A program made the position numbers and the translations under genes. Below, in pieces: positions 37,024-46,128 of a stretch of DNA of 64,000 nt; the stretch's first letter is position 1; every line of letters starts with the position of its first letter. This stretch comes from a bacterium (GTDB lineage Bacteria; RBG-13-66-14; B26-G2; WVWN01), in NCBI GenBank assembly GCA_035529855.1, contig DATKVX010000007.1:5603-69602 (forward strand), written 5' to 3'. The notes below the pieces were generated by a model. That model was not told the origin of the DNA, ran no database searches, and saw nothing but the letters and a program-made list of their open reading frames with translations.

Positions 37024-38928
37024 TTACGAAGGTACGCTGGCCACCCAGACGACGCAAGGCGCGTTCTTGAGGACGTATTCGACGGTGGTGGTGGGGAAGG
37101 GAAGGTCCCGGTGCCAGCGGTCGGACGCGCCCATAACGACCATGTCGGCGCCGACCTCGCGGGCGGCCTGGCATATCGCCTCGCCGGCGTGCCGCGATTG
37201 AACGAGCCGGGTTTCGACGTGGACGCCGTGCTCGGTTCCGACGGCCCACGCTTTGTGCAGGACCTCCTCGGAGGCCGCGAACTCGTCGAACATAAACGTT
37301 TCCACCGGCAGCGAGGCGGGAACCTCGAGGACGTGCAGCGCGACGACGGTGGCTTTGTCTTCTTTCGCGAGTTTGAACGCGGCCTCGACTACTTCAACCC
37401 GGCGCAGCGACTTAACGGCGAGGAGTACGGTCTTTAGTTTAAGGGGCCGGTATTCCGGGAACGAGACCTCTTCGACCGCGAGCGCCCTCCCCGCCGGCAT
37501 CCGGCTGCGCCGCCGGTACCAGTAGTACATCCCCAACCCCACGAACATCCACACGAACCCCATCGTACGACCGAAGGGGTGGGTTATTACCACCGTTACC
37601 CACACCGCGGATATGCAGACGAAACCCAATATCGCCGTTATCGGGAACTCGCGGCCGGCGATGCGTACGTTGGGCTTCAATTTGAACGGGCGCTCGAGCC
37701 GGGGCTCGCGCCACCGGATGCCCAAAAGCGACGCGTGGGCGAGGGCGAACGCGAGCATGGCGCCGAAGTTGTACAGGTCCGCCAGGTACGTCAACCTTTT
37801 ACCCAGGAAGATGATGATGACGCTTATGGCCGAGAACGTTATCAGGCTCAGGTACGGCGTTTTGTACCGGCGGTGCAGCCGCGAGAAGAAGGCCGGCAGC
37901 TGGAAGTGCGCGCCCATGGAATACGTGAGCCGCGACGAGCCGATGACGCCGGCGTTGGCGGCGATGGTCAGGATGGCCGCGCCCAACAGCGCTATCCACG
38001 GCGCGAGGTACTTCCCGAAGACCGGCATCTGGGCCGCGATGCCCGCGATGGGGTCTTCGAGGTACGTCGTCGTCAGCTCGCTGGCCCAAACGCCGTCCGC
38101 GCCCGGGCCGAACGGCATCGCCGATATGGCGACGAAGACGATGCCCATGTACATAAAGAGCACCGTGGCCATGGTGAGCAGCATCCCGCGCGGTACGTTC
38201 TTGCCCGGGTTGCGGACTTCGCCCGACATCTGGCTTATGGCCTCTATGCCGGTGTAGGCGACCATCGCGATCGTCACGCCGTATATGAATTGCCCCCACG
38301 TGGGGTGGGCGCCGACCGCGAACTGCGATATAAGCGCGGGCAGGTTGACGAAGGCGACGAAGCCGATGACTATCAGCGCGAGCTGCGTTATGTTGCCGAA
38401 TATCGCGAGGACGAGCGATAGCGCCGTGGATTGTTTGATGCCGATTATATTGAGCGCCGTAAGGGAGGCGATGAGCAACGCCGACGCGGCGAAGTGGCCC
38501 ACCGGCGTACGTAGCACCGGTAGGAAGTAGCCGAGGTAGGGGGGAACCGTGTACGCCGAGATGGCGATGGTGACGACGTAGTCGAGCAGCAACGCCCAGC
38601 CGGCGATGAACGATAAGGCGTCGGAGTTGAAAGCCCGCCGCGCGAAGGCGCTCGAGCCGCCGGCCTCCGGCAGCGCGGCCGAGAGCTCGGCGTACGTCAG
38701 GACCGTGAAGACGAAGAGCACGCCCGCCGCCGCGATAGCCAGCGGCGCCGCGCCCATCGCGAAGAGCGCCGTGACGCCGAGGGCGTAGTAGATGCTCGAG
38801 CCTACGTCGCCGTACCCGATGGCGTAAATCGCCCGCACGCCGACGAGGCGCAAGAGGTGCCCTTTGTCGAGGGTGAAGATTCGACCCCGCGACTCTTCGG
38901 ATATATCGAAATGCGATTCCGGCGCCAC
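37024..38928 (-). CDS. APC-family amino acid permease fused to a C-terminal universal stress protein (Usp) domain
   Basis: About 12 TM segments (GYGDVGSSIYY...), then VVALHVLEVP...GADMVVMGAS...TTTVEYVLKNAPCVVWV, typical of UspA. GTG start. Confidence 0.8.
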   Translation of the reverse strand: MAPESHFDISEESRGRIFTLDKGHLLRLVGVRAIYAIGYGDVGSSIYYALGVTALFAMGAAPLAIAAAGVLFVFTVLTYAELSAALPEAGGSSAFARRAFNSDALSFIAGWALLLDYVVTIAISAYTVPPYLGYFLPVLRTPVGHFAASALLIASLTALNIIGIKQSTALSLVLAIFGNITQLALIVIGFVAFVNLPALISQFAVGAHPTWGQFIYGVTIAMVAYTGIEAISQMSGEVRNPGKNVPRGMLLTMATVLFMYMGIVFVAISAMPFGPGADGVWASELTTTYLEDPIAGIAAQMPVFGKYLAPWIALLGAAILTIAANAGVIGSSRLTYSMGAHFQLPAFFSRLHRRYKTPYLSLITFSAISVIIIFLGKRLTYLADLYNFGAMLAFALAHASLLGIRWREPRLERPFKLKPNVRIAGREFPITAILGFVCISAVWVTVVITHPFGRTMGFVWMFVGLGMYYWYRRRSRMPAGRALAVEEVSFPEYRPLKLKTVLLAVKSLRRVEVVEAAFKLAKEDKATVVALHVLEVPASLPVETFMFDEFAASEEVLHKAWAVGTEHGVHVETRLVQSRHAGEAICQAAREVGADMVVMGASDRWHRDLPFPTTTVEYVLKNAPCVVWVASVPS

Positions 38929-39037
38929 GGCCTTAATATTTTATACGGCCGGCCATAGGCCGACCGACGTCGCGTTTGTTCGCTAAGATGCTTTGCGGGG
39001 ATGCGCCTATTTATATAGCGCTCCAATTTCGGTTTTG

Positions 39038-39066
39038 ATTATAACACCGGATAAGGCATTTGTCAA
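39038..39066 (-). promoter_or_regulatory. Perfect consensus sigma70 promoter (TTGACA-17-TATAAT, with TGt extended -10)
   Basis: On the minus strand, TTGACA at 39066..39061, a 17-nt spacer ending in TGT, and TATAAT at 39043..39038. Reads toward the permease gene. Confidence 0.75.
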
Positions 39067-39107
39067 TCAAGTTTCGATTAAGGCCGGCCCGCACGCGCGG
39101 CGTTATG

Positions 39108-39137
39108 TTGACAACTCTCTCCCCGCTGTATTAAAAT
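39108..39137 (+). promoter_or_regulatory. sigma70 promoter (TTGACA-18-TAAAAT) for the MBL-fold gene
   Basis: TTGACA at 39108-39113 and TAAAAT at 39132-39137. The ATG at 39146 is only about 9 nt downstream. Confidence 0.55.
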
Positions 39138-39145
39138 ACGGTTAT

Positions 39146-39802
39146 ATGCTAATCGAAACGCTTCAACTCGGGCCGGTCGCAACCAATTGCTACATATTCT
39201 CGTACGACGAGAAACGCGCCGTCGTCATAGACCCGGCCTCGGACGCCGACGAAATCGCCGGCCACCTGCGCGCGCTCGAGCTCGAGGCCGTGGCGATAGT
39301 AAATACCCACGGCCACCTCGACCACAGCGGCGCCAACGGCGCCCTTAAAAAGCTGTTGGACGTACCTATATATATAGGAGAAGGGGACGCGCCCTACCTC
39401 GGCCCGGGCGCCGAGTCCCTTCACCGCCAGGACGCGCTTATCATCGGCCTGGAGGCCGTCGCGACGTTCCAGGAATGCTACGCCGTCTCCCCGGCGGCGG
39501 ACGTCCTGTTGCGCGAGGGGGACGAAGTCGCGGAGGCCGGTTTGAAGGTAGTGAATACGCCGGGACATACCGCCGGGGGCATCTCGCTCGTGGGCGACGG
39601 CCTGGTGTTCAGCGGCGACGCGCTCTTCGCCGGCTCCATCGGTCGGACGGACCTGTGCGGCGGCGACGAGCGGACGTTGATATCCTCCATCAAAAGCAAG
39701 CTCCTTACGCTGCCGGGGAAGACGGAAGTGTTCCCGGGCCACGGGCCGACGACGACGGTGGGCGAGGAGCGAAAGCATAACCCCTTCCTGGCCGGCGCCT
39801 AG
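39146..39802 (+). CDS. MBL-fold metallo-hydrolase (glyoxalase II-like)
   Basis: NTHGHLDHSG (HxHxDH), GHTAGG and the FPGHGP C-terminal motif. ATG 39146; the track ORF extends spuriously to 38993. Confidence 0.85.
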   Translation: MLIETLQLGPVATNCYIFSYDEKRAVVIDPASDADEIAGHLRALELEAVAIVNTHGHLDHSGANGALKKLLDVPIYIGEGDAPYLGPGAESLHRQDALIIGLEAVATFQECYAVSPAADVLLREGDEVAEAGLKVVNTPGHTAGGISLVGDGLVFSGDALFAGSIGRTDLCGGDERTLISSIKSKLLTLPGKTEVFPGHGPTTTVGEERKHNPFLAGA

Positions 39803-39854
39803 CGGGGACCGCGGACGGTTTTAGGCACCACGGGGCCTTTTTCCAAAATCAATC

Positions 39855-39883
39855 TTGACTTTCTAAGTACGGTGTGGTAGCTT
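39855..39883 (+). promoter_or_regulatory. sigma70-like promoter (TTGACT-17-TGgTAGCTT) at the head of the plus-strand gene run
   Basis: TTGACT at 39855-39860, a 17-nt spacer ending in TGG, and TAGCTT at 39878-39883. Confidence 0.45.
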
Positions 39884-39915
39884 CGGGCTCAAAACGAAGC
39901 GCGATTTACTACCGG

Positions 39916-39939
39916 GTTCATTAGGTTTTGCGTTCATTA
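39916..39939 (+). repeat. Direct repeat GTTCATTA-n8-GTTCATTA in the 5' leader of the aminotransferase gene
   Basis: Exact 8-mers at 39916-39923 and 39932-39939, a 16-nt period, between the putative promoter and the SD AGGAG. Confidence 0.6.
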
Positions 39940-39953
39940 ACCGATAGGAGAAC

Positions 39954-41120
39954 GTGATGTACATAGCTAAACGTATGGGCCGGCTCGGTACCGAGACGGC
40001 TTTCGAGGTTTTGGCCAGAGCGAAAAAGCTCGAGTGCGAGGGGCGCGAGATTGTACACCTCGAGATCGGCGAACCGGACTTCGATACGCCGGTGAACATC
40101 CGCGAAGCGGCGAAGAAAGCCCTCGACCAGGGCTGGACCCATTACGGCCCCAGCGCCGGCCTACCCGAGCACCGCGAGACCATCTCGAAGTACATGAAGC
40201 AACGTTGGGCCCTCGACTACTCGCCGGACGAAATCGTCGTAGTACCCGGGGCTAAACCGATAATGTTCTTCACCATTCTGGCCTGCGTCGAGGAAAGCGA
40301 CGAGGTAATATATCCCAATCCCGGGTTCCCCATTTACGAGTCCATGATTAATTATATCGGCGCGAAGGCGGTGCCGGTGCAGCTGCGCGAGGAGCTCGAC
40401 TTCCGTCTCGACGTAAACGAGCTGGCGTCGCTCGTCACGGACAAGACCCGGATGGTGGTCGTCAACTCGCCGCAGAACCCCACCGGCGGCGTTCTCACCA
40501 AAGACGACCTAGTCGCTATAGCCGAGCTCGCGATAAAACATGACCTCATCGTTTTAACCGATGAAGTATATAACCGCATAATATACGAAGGCGAACATAA
40601 CTCCGTCGCCAGCTTCCCCGGTATGAAGGAGCGCACCGTTCTCATAGACGGTTATTCCAAAACGTACGCCATGACCGGCTGGCGTATGGGATGGGGCGCG
40701 ATGCCGGCCGAACTGGCCCCGCATATCACCCGCCTTATGACGAACTCCAACTCGTGTACGTGCTCGTTCGCCCAGATCGCGGGTATCGAGGGTTTGACCG
40801 GGCCGCAGGACGATTCCGCGAAGATGGTCGAAGCCTTCCGCGAGCGGCGGGACGTCGTCGTCGACGGCCTTAACTCGCTCCCCGGCATTACCTGCAAGAA
40901 GCCCCAGGGCGCGTTCTACGTCTTCCCCAATATCACGGGCACCGGGAAGGACGAGAAGTGGCTCGCCGATTACTTCCTGGATGAGGCCGGCGTGGCGTGT
41001 CTGGCCGGCACTTCCTTCGGCAAGTTCGGCAAAGGGTACATCAGGTTCTCGTACGCCAACTCCGTAGAGAATATCGAAAAGGCGATAGGCCGTATGGCCG
41101 AAGCGCTTAAATCGTTGTAA
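39954..41120 (+). CDS. Class I/II PLP-dependent aminotransferase (AspC-like)
   Basis: LEIGEPDFDTP, NPxNPTG (SPQNPTGG) and the PLP lysine motif YSKTYAMTGWRMGW. Start is GTG 39954 or ATG 39957. Confidence 0.85.
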   Translation: MMYIAKRMGRLGTETAFEVLARAKKLECEGREIVHLEIGEPDFDTPVNIREAAKKALDQGWTHYGPSAGLPEHRETISKYMKQRWALDYSPDEIVVVPGAKPIMFFTILACVEESDEVIYPNPGFPIYESMINYIGAKAVPVQLREELDFRLDVNELASLVTDKTRMVVVNSPQNPTGGVLTKDDLVAIAELAIKHDLIVLTDEVYNRIIYEGEHNSVASFPGMKERTVLIDGYSKTYAMTGWRMGWGAMPAELAPHITRLMTNSNSCTCSFAQIAGIEGLTGPQDDSAKMVEAFRERRDVVVDGLNSLPGITCKKPQGAFYVFPNITGTGKDEKWLADYFLDEAGVACLAGTSFGKFGKGYIRFSYANSVENIEKAIGRMAEALKSL

Positions 41121-41134
41121 GGGTCGGTAAGTTT

Positions 41135-42238
41135 ATGGCAAAAGCGATCAAGACGCCCTTATACGACAGACACGTGTCGCTCGGCGGGAAAATGGTCGAG
41201 TTCGCCGGGTTCATCATGCCGGTGCAATACTCGGGCATTATCGACGAGCACGTCACGGTGCGGGAGAACGCCGGCATCTTCGACCTGAGCCACATGGGCG
41301 AGTTCTACGTCTCCGGCAAGGGCGCCCCCGCGGCGTTGAACAAGCTCGTCTCGAACAACGTGGAGAAATTGAAGATCGGGAAGGCGTTGTACACGCCCGT
41401 ATGCACTCCCCGGGGCGGCATCGTCGACGATATCCTGGTATACCGCGACGCGGACGAAACGTTCATGTTGGTGGTGAACGCTTCTAACATCGAAAAGGAT
41501 TACGACTGGGTCGTGGGCCATCTCCCCAAGGGTTTGACGGTCGAGGACAAGTCGCTACAGACGGCGCTGGTCGCGGTACAGGGGCCGCAGTCCGAAACGG
41601 TCTTAACCGAAGCGTTGGCCGACGATTTGAGCGAACTCCGCTACTACGAGTTTATATTCTCGGTTATGGACGACGTACCGGTTCGCGTTTCGCGTACCGG
41701 GTACACGGGCGAGGACGGCTTCGAGGTATACGTGGACGCCGCGCGCGCCGGCGAAGTATGGGACGTGCTCTTCGAACTGACCAGCGGGATAGGGGGCGTC
41801 CCGGTAGGGCTGGGCGCGCGCGATACCCTCCGCCTTGAGATGAAGTACTGCCTTTACGGCAACGACATCGACGAGGGGACGACGCCGCTGGAGGCGGGCA
41901 TCGGCTGGACCGTTAAGTTCGATAAGGGCGATTTTATAGGTAAGGAAACCTTGGTCGCACAGAAAAACGACGGCGTCAAACGAAGACTGGCCGGTTTCGT
42001 TATGGTGGACCCGGGCATTCCCCGCCGCGACTACGGTATAATAAATATAGAGGAGAAGAGCATCGGCCGCGTTACGTCCGGGTCGTATTCGCCCAGCTTG
42101 CGCGAAAACATCGGCTTGGGGTACCTCGAGCTGCCCTACGACGACGTCGGTACCGAGATACTGGTCGACATCCGCAAAAAGCCCCGGTTGGCGCGCGTTG
42201 TCGAAACGCCCTTTTTGAAGCTTATCGGCGGCAATTAG
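41135..42238 (+). CDS. gcvT: Glycine cleavage system T protein (aminomethyltransferase)
   Basis: TPLYDRHVSLGGKMVEFAGF.MPVQY and DLSHMGE motifs. 367 aa. Confidence 0.9.
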   Translation: MAKAIKTPLYDRHVSLGGKMVEFAGFIMPVQYSGIIDEHVTVRENAGIFDLSHMGEFYVSGKGAPAALNKLVSNNVEKLKIGKALYTPVCTPRGGIVDDILVYRDADETFMLVVNASNIEKDYDWVVGHLPKGLTVEDKSLQTALVAVQGPQSETVLTEALADDLSELRYYEFIFSVMDDVPVRVSRTGYTGEDGFEVYVDAARAGEVWDVLFELTSGIGGVPVGLGARDTLRLEMKYCLYGNDIDEGTTPLEAGIGWTVKFDKGDFIGKETLVAQKNDGVKRRLAGFVMVDPGIPRRDYGIINIEEKSIGRVTSGSYSPSLRENIGLGYLELPYDDVGTEILVDIRKKPRLARVVETPFLKLIGGN

Positions 42239-42264
42239 GAGTCGCCGTTGGAAAGGAGCTGCGG

Positions 42265-42645
42265 GTGAACCCGGAAGACCTGAGTTACACCGAGACGCAC
42301 GAGTGGGCGAAAGTCGACGGCAACGTCGTTACCATAGGCCTGACGGACCACGCTCAATCGGAATTGGGCGACATCGTGTATTTGGAGCTGCCGGAAGTCG
42401 GCGCCGACGTGGAGGCCGGAGGCGAATTCGGCGTCGTGGAATCCGTGAAGGCGGCGTCCGAGCTCTACGCGCCCGTTTCCGGAAAGGTCGTGAAAGTAAA
42501 CGGCGCCGCGACCCAGGAGCCCGCCCTGGTCAATCGCGATTGTTACGGCGAAGGGTGGCTCGTTAAAATCGAGTTGAAGGACCCCTCGGAAGTCGAAAAC
42601 CTCAAGACCGCGGCGGAATATAAAGAATTCATCGGAGGTCAATAA
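42265..42645 (+). CDS. gcvH: Glycine cleavage system H protein
   Basis: YTETHEWAK and the lipoyl-lysine motif VESVKAASELYAPVSG. Confidence 0.9.
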   Translation: MNPEDLSYTETHEWAKVDGNVVTIGLTDHAQSELGDIVYLELPEVGADVEAGGEFGVVESVKAASELYAPVSGKVVKVNGAATQEPALVNRDCYGEGWLVKIELKDPSEVENLKTAAEYKEFIGGQ

Positions 42646-42696
42646 TTTAGGGCGCGCCGCGCCGGCCGGCCGTCGGCTGGCCGCGCTTCCCGGCCG

Positions 42697-42725
42697 GCGA
42701 GGGGTTGCGGCCCCTCGCTTTATTT
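42697..42725 (+). terminator. GC hairpin plus T-rich tract between gcvH and gcvPA (possible partial terminator)
   Basis: GCGAGGGG-ttgcgg-CCCCTCGC followed by TTTATTT. Confidence 0.5.
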
Positions 42726-42758
42726 AAATACGGGCGCTCCCGTTTGAGGAGGACGTTA

Positions 42759-44111
42759 ATGCCGTACGTTCCCCACGGCGACGATACCGTAAAGCAGATG
42801 CTCGGAGAGGTCGGCGTCGGAGCCGTCGACGACCTTTTCGAACCGTTACCCGACGAGCTTTTGCGGGTCGATTTCGATTTACCCCAACCTTTGACCGAGC
42901 CGGCGCTCGTGCGCCATATGGAAGCGCTCGCCGACGCGAACCGCACCGACCGAAACTCGTTCCTCGGCGCCGGTTGCTACGACCACTTCGTCCCGGCGGC
43001 GGTGCGACACCTCGTCGGCCAGAGTCAATTCTACACCGCCTACACGCCGTACCAGCCCGAAGTCAGCCAGGGTACGCTGGCGGTTATTTTCGAATTCCAG
43101 ACGTACGTCGCGGCCCTCACCGGTATGGAGGTCGCCAACGCCTCCATGTACGACGGCGCGACCGCGGCCGCGGAGGCGGCGCTTATGTGCCTGCGGCTCA
43201 AGAAAGAAAGGCCGCAGGCGGTTTTGGCCCCCAACCTGCACCCGGAGTACCGGCGCGTCGTCGAAACGTATCTGGCCAACATCCCCGGCGTCGAGGCCGT
43301 GACGCTGCCCTGTTGCGCGCCGTACGCGCGGGGGGGTACGGTGGACCTCAACCGCCTGACCGGCTCGCTGGGCGACGCCGCCTGCTTCATAATGCAGTAT
43401 CCGAACTTCTTCGGGCTGGTGGAAACCAAACTGGCGGACATCGCCGAGATTTGCCATCGCGAGGGAGCGCTCCTCGTCGTGGCCGTGGCGGAGCCGATGG
43501 CGCTGGCGGCGTTGTCGCCTCCCGGCAAGTTCGGCGCCGACGTCGTCGTGGGGGAGGGGCAGAGCTTCGGCATAACGCCGTCTTTCGGCGGCCCGGGCGT
43601 GGGTTTCTTCGCCACCCGCCGCGAGTTCGTACGCCAGATGCCCGGCCGCCTCGTCGGCAAGACGACGGACGCGGAAGGTAAGCCCGGGTACGTCCTGACG
43701 CTGCAAACGCGCGAGCAGCATATACGCCGCGAGAAGGCCACGTCCAACATCTGCACCAACCACGCGCTGGCGGCGACGACGTTTACGATTTACCTCTCGG
43801 TCGTCGGACGGACCGGCCTCGCCGCCCTCGCGCGCGGGAACGTTCAGAATTGCGCTTACGCCCAATATCAAACGACCGAACTCGCGGCCTACAAGATGGT
43901 CTTCGAGGAGCCGGCCTTCAACGAGTTCGTCCTCCGGTGTCCGAGGGCCGCGGAGGAGGTCCGCGCGGCGTGCCTGAAGAAAGGCGTCGACCCGGGCCTG
44001 CCGCTGGGCCGCTTCTACCCGGAGTACGACGACTGCCTCCTCGTAACGGTTACGGAGACGAAAACGAAAGAAGATATCGACCGGTTGTGCGAGGTACTCG
44101 CGTCCGTTTAA
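42759..44111 (+). CDS. gcvPA: Glycine dehydrogenase (decarboxylating) subunit 1
   Basis: ATG 42759 preceded by GAGGAGG. MPYVPH..., FLGAGCYDH and YQPEVSQG motifs. Confidence 0.9.
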   Translation: MPYVPHGDDTVKQMLGEVGVGAVDDLFEPLPDELLRVDFDLPQPLTEPALVRHMEALADANRTDRNSFLGAGCYDHFVPAAVRHLVGQSQFYTAYTPYQPEVSQGTLAVIFEFQTYVAALTGMEVANASMYDGATAAAEAALMCLRLKKERPQAVLAPNLHPEYRRVVETYLANIPGVEAVTLPCCAPYARGGTVDLNRLTGSLGDAACFIMQYPNFFGLVETKLADIAEICHREGALLVVAVAEPMALAALSPPGKFGADVVVGEGQSFGITPSFGGPGVGFFATRREFVRQMPGRLVGKTTDAEGKPGYVLTLQTREQHIRREKATSNICTNHALAATTFTIYLSVVGRTGLAALARGNVQNCAYAQYQTTELAAYKMVFEEPAFNEFVLRCPRAAEEVRAACLKKGVDPGLPLGRFYPEYDDCLLVTVTETKTKEDIDRLCEVLASV

Positions 44112-44145
44112 ATCGCCGAAAGGGCGCGGAAGTAATATTCGTGAA

Positions 44146-44640
44146 ATGAAAACCGCTACTATCGTAATGGCGGTAATCCTCGCGGCGCTAATCGGCGTCG
44201 CGATATGGCGGGGCGGCGGCTCGCTGCAGAAGGGGTTCACCTTCGGCGGCAAGACGTTTCTGACCACGCTGCCGCTTTTGGTTATCGCTTTCGCAATCGC
44301 GGGCCTGGTCCAGGTCCTGGTGCCGCGGGAGGTAGTCGCGAAGTGGCTCGGCGCCGGCGCCGGTTTTAAGGGGATCATGATCGCCACCGTGGCCGGGGCT
44401 TTTACGCCCGGCGGGCCGTACGTATCGTTTCCCATCGTCGCGTCGTTGTACAAGTCGGGGGCGTCGGTCGGGACCGTGGTGGCGTTCGTGACGGCGTGGT
44501 CGCTTTGGGCCGTGGCCCGGTTCCCGCTCGAGATGGGGCTTGTGGGCCCCAAGCTCGCGATAGCGCGGTTCCTTTCGACGTTAATCGTGCCGCCGCTTGC
44601 CGGCCTGTTCGCGCAGGCGGTTTTCGGCCGTTGGGTTTAA
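44146..44640 (+). CDS. Small polytopic permease-family membrane protein (ArsP/DUF318-like, tentative)
   Basis: 164 aa with about 4-5 TM segments, inserted between gcvPA and gcvPB. The family call is from memory of predicted-permease half-proteins. Confidence 0.4.
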   Translation: MKTATIVMAVILAALIGVAIWRGGGSLQKGFTFGGKTFLTTLPLLVIAFAIAGLVQVLVPREVVAKWLGAGAGFKGIMIATVAGAFTPGGPYVSFPIVASLYKSGASVGTVVAFVTAWSLWAVARFPLEMGLVGPKLAIARFLSTLIVPPLAGLFAQAVFGRWV

Positions 44641-44662
44641 CCGTTCTTTCCCGGAGCAGCTC

Positions 44663-46123
44663 ATGAACTACGAATACCGAAATATATTCGAGATACCGCC
44701 CGGCCGGGGTTTCGAGGCCGGCGCGGCGGATACCCCCGAGGTCGACCTCGGAGCGTTTTACCCGGACGAATTCGTACGCCGCGATTTCGGGCCGATGCGC
44801 GACGTGGCGGAGCCGGAGGTCGTGCGGCACTACACGCGGCTGGCCGCGATGAACTTCGGCGTCGACACCGGCTTCTATCCGCTCGGCTCGTGTACGATGA
44901 AGTACAACCCGAAGGTGAACGAGGATGTCGCGTTGCTTCCCGGGTTCGCGGCGCTTCACCCGTACGCGCCGGCCGGCGACGTGCAGGGCGCGCTGCAGCT
45001 CGCCTGCGATCTCGAGCGCTACCTCGTCGAGATATGCGGGATGAGCGCGTTCACGCTCGCGCCGGCGGCGGGCGCCCACGGCGAATTGGTGGGGATGTTG
45101 TTGACGCGGGCGTACCACCGCAAGCGGGGTGACGACGGCCGCAACGTAATGCTCATACCGGATTCCGCGCACGGCACCAACCCGGCCTCGGCCCGGATGG
45201 CGGGCTTCGACGTCGTCGCCGTCGCCTCGAGCGACGACGGCGTGATAGACCTCGGCGACCTCAAGGCGAAGCTGGACGAGCGCGTCGCCGGCATGATGAT
45301 AACCAACCCCAATACGTTGGGGTTATTCGAGCCCGACATCTTAAAGGTTGCCGAGGCCGTACACGGCGCCGGCGGCCTGTTGTACTACGACGGCGCCAAC
45401 TTAAACGCGCTCGTAGGCCGCGTCCGTCCGGGCGATATGGGGTTCGACATTTGCCACGTCAACCTTCATAAGACCTTCTCGACCCCTCACGGCGGCGGCG
45501 GCCCGGGCGCCGGTCCGGTGGGCGTTTGCAAAAGGCTCGCGGATTTCCTCCCGGTGCCGCGCGTCGTAAAGAAGCGGGGCAAGTACGCGCTCGACTACGA
45601 CTCGGCGGACTCCATAGGCCAAATCCGTTCATTCGTAGGTAACTTCGGCGTCCTCGTCAGGGCGTACGCGTACATACGGCACCTCGGCGCCGCCGGCCTG
45701 CGGGACGCTTCCGGCGCCGCGGTCCTGAACGCGAACTACGTCCGCGCGAAAGTGGCGAAGTTCCTCGAGGTCGCCGGCACCGCGCCTTGCATGCACGAAT
45801 TCGTAGCGTCGTCAGCCAGGTTCGGCCGCGGTTCGGCGGGGGATATCGACAAGGCGTTGATCGACGCCGGCTACCACCCGCCGACGACGTACTTCCCCCT
45901 CGTGGTCCCGGAGGCGTTGATGGTCGAGCCGACCGAGACCGAAACGAAGGAGACGCTGGACGCCTTCGCCGCGGCGCTTGAGAAAATCGTAGCCGACCTG
46001 ACGGCCGACGCGCACGCGTACGCCGACGCGCCTTTCAAGGCGCCGGTGCGCCGCCTGGACGAGGCGGGCGCGGCGCGTAACCCGATACTGACCCAAATGA
46101 TGGCCGAGGAGGGGGAGCCCTAG
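44663..46123 (+). CDS. gcvPB: Glycine dehydrogenase (decarboxylating) subunit 2
   Basis: ATG 44663. GSCTMKYNPK and the PLP site HVNLHKTFSTPHGGGGPG. Confidence 0.9.
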   Translation: MNYEYRNIFEIPPGRGFEAGAADTPEVDLGAFYPDEFVRRDFGPMRDVAEPEVVRHYTRLAAMNFGVDTGFYPLGSCTMKYNPKVNEDVALLPGFAALHPYAPAGDVQGALQLACDLERYLVEICGMSAFTLAPAAGAHGELVGMLLTRAYHRKRGDDGRNVMLIPDSAHGTNPASARMAGFDVVAVASSDDGVIDLGDLKAKLDERVAGMMITNPNTLGLFEPDILKVAEAVHGAGGLLYYDGANLNALVGRVRPGDMGFDICHVNLHKTFSTPHGGGGPGAGPVGVCKRLADFLPVPRVVKKRGKYALDYDSADSIGQIRSFVGNFGVLVRAYAYIRHLGAAGLRDASGAAVLNANYVRAKVAKFLEVAGTAPCMHEFVASSARFGRGSAGDIDKALIDAGYHPPTTYFPLVVPEALMVEPTETETKETLDAFAAALEKIVADLTADAHAYADAPFKAPVRRLDEAGAARNPILTQMMAEEGEP

Positions 46124-46128
46124 GGCGC

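Noticed and set aside
41121-41134. Looked for a glycine riboswitch upstream of gcvT.
   Set aside because: Only 14 nt separate the aminotransferase stop from the gcvT ATG. A ~100-nt or tandem aptamer cannot fit.
42879-44552. 557-aa minus-strand ORF. Similar long antisense ORFs lie at 53889-55088, 6876-7838, 4315-5361 and 48309-49049.
   Set aside because: All lie opposite genes with unmistakable conserved motifs (gcvPA, oorA, thrS, the STAND protein, AldDh). Their Arg/Gly/Pro-rich composition is characteristic of non-coding frames in high-GC sequence.
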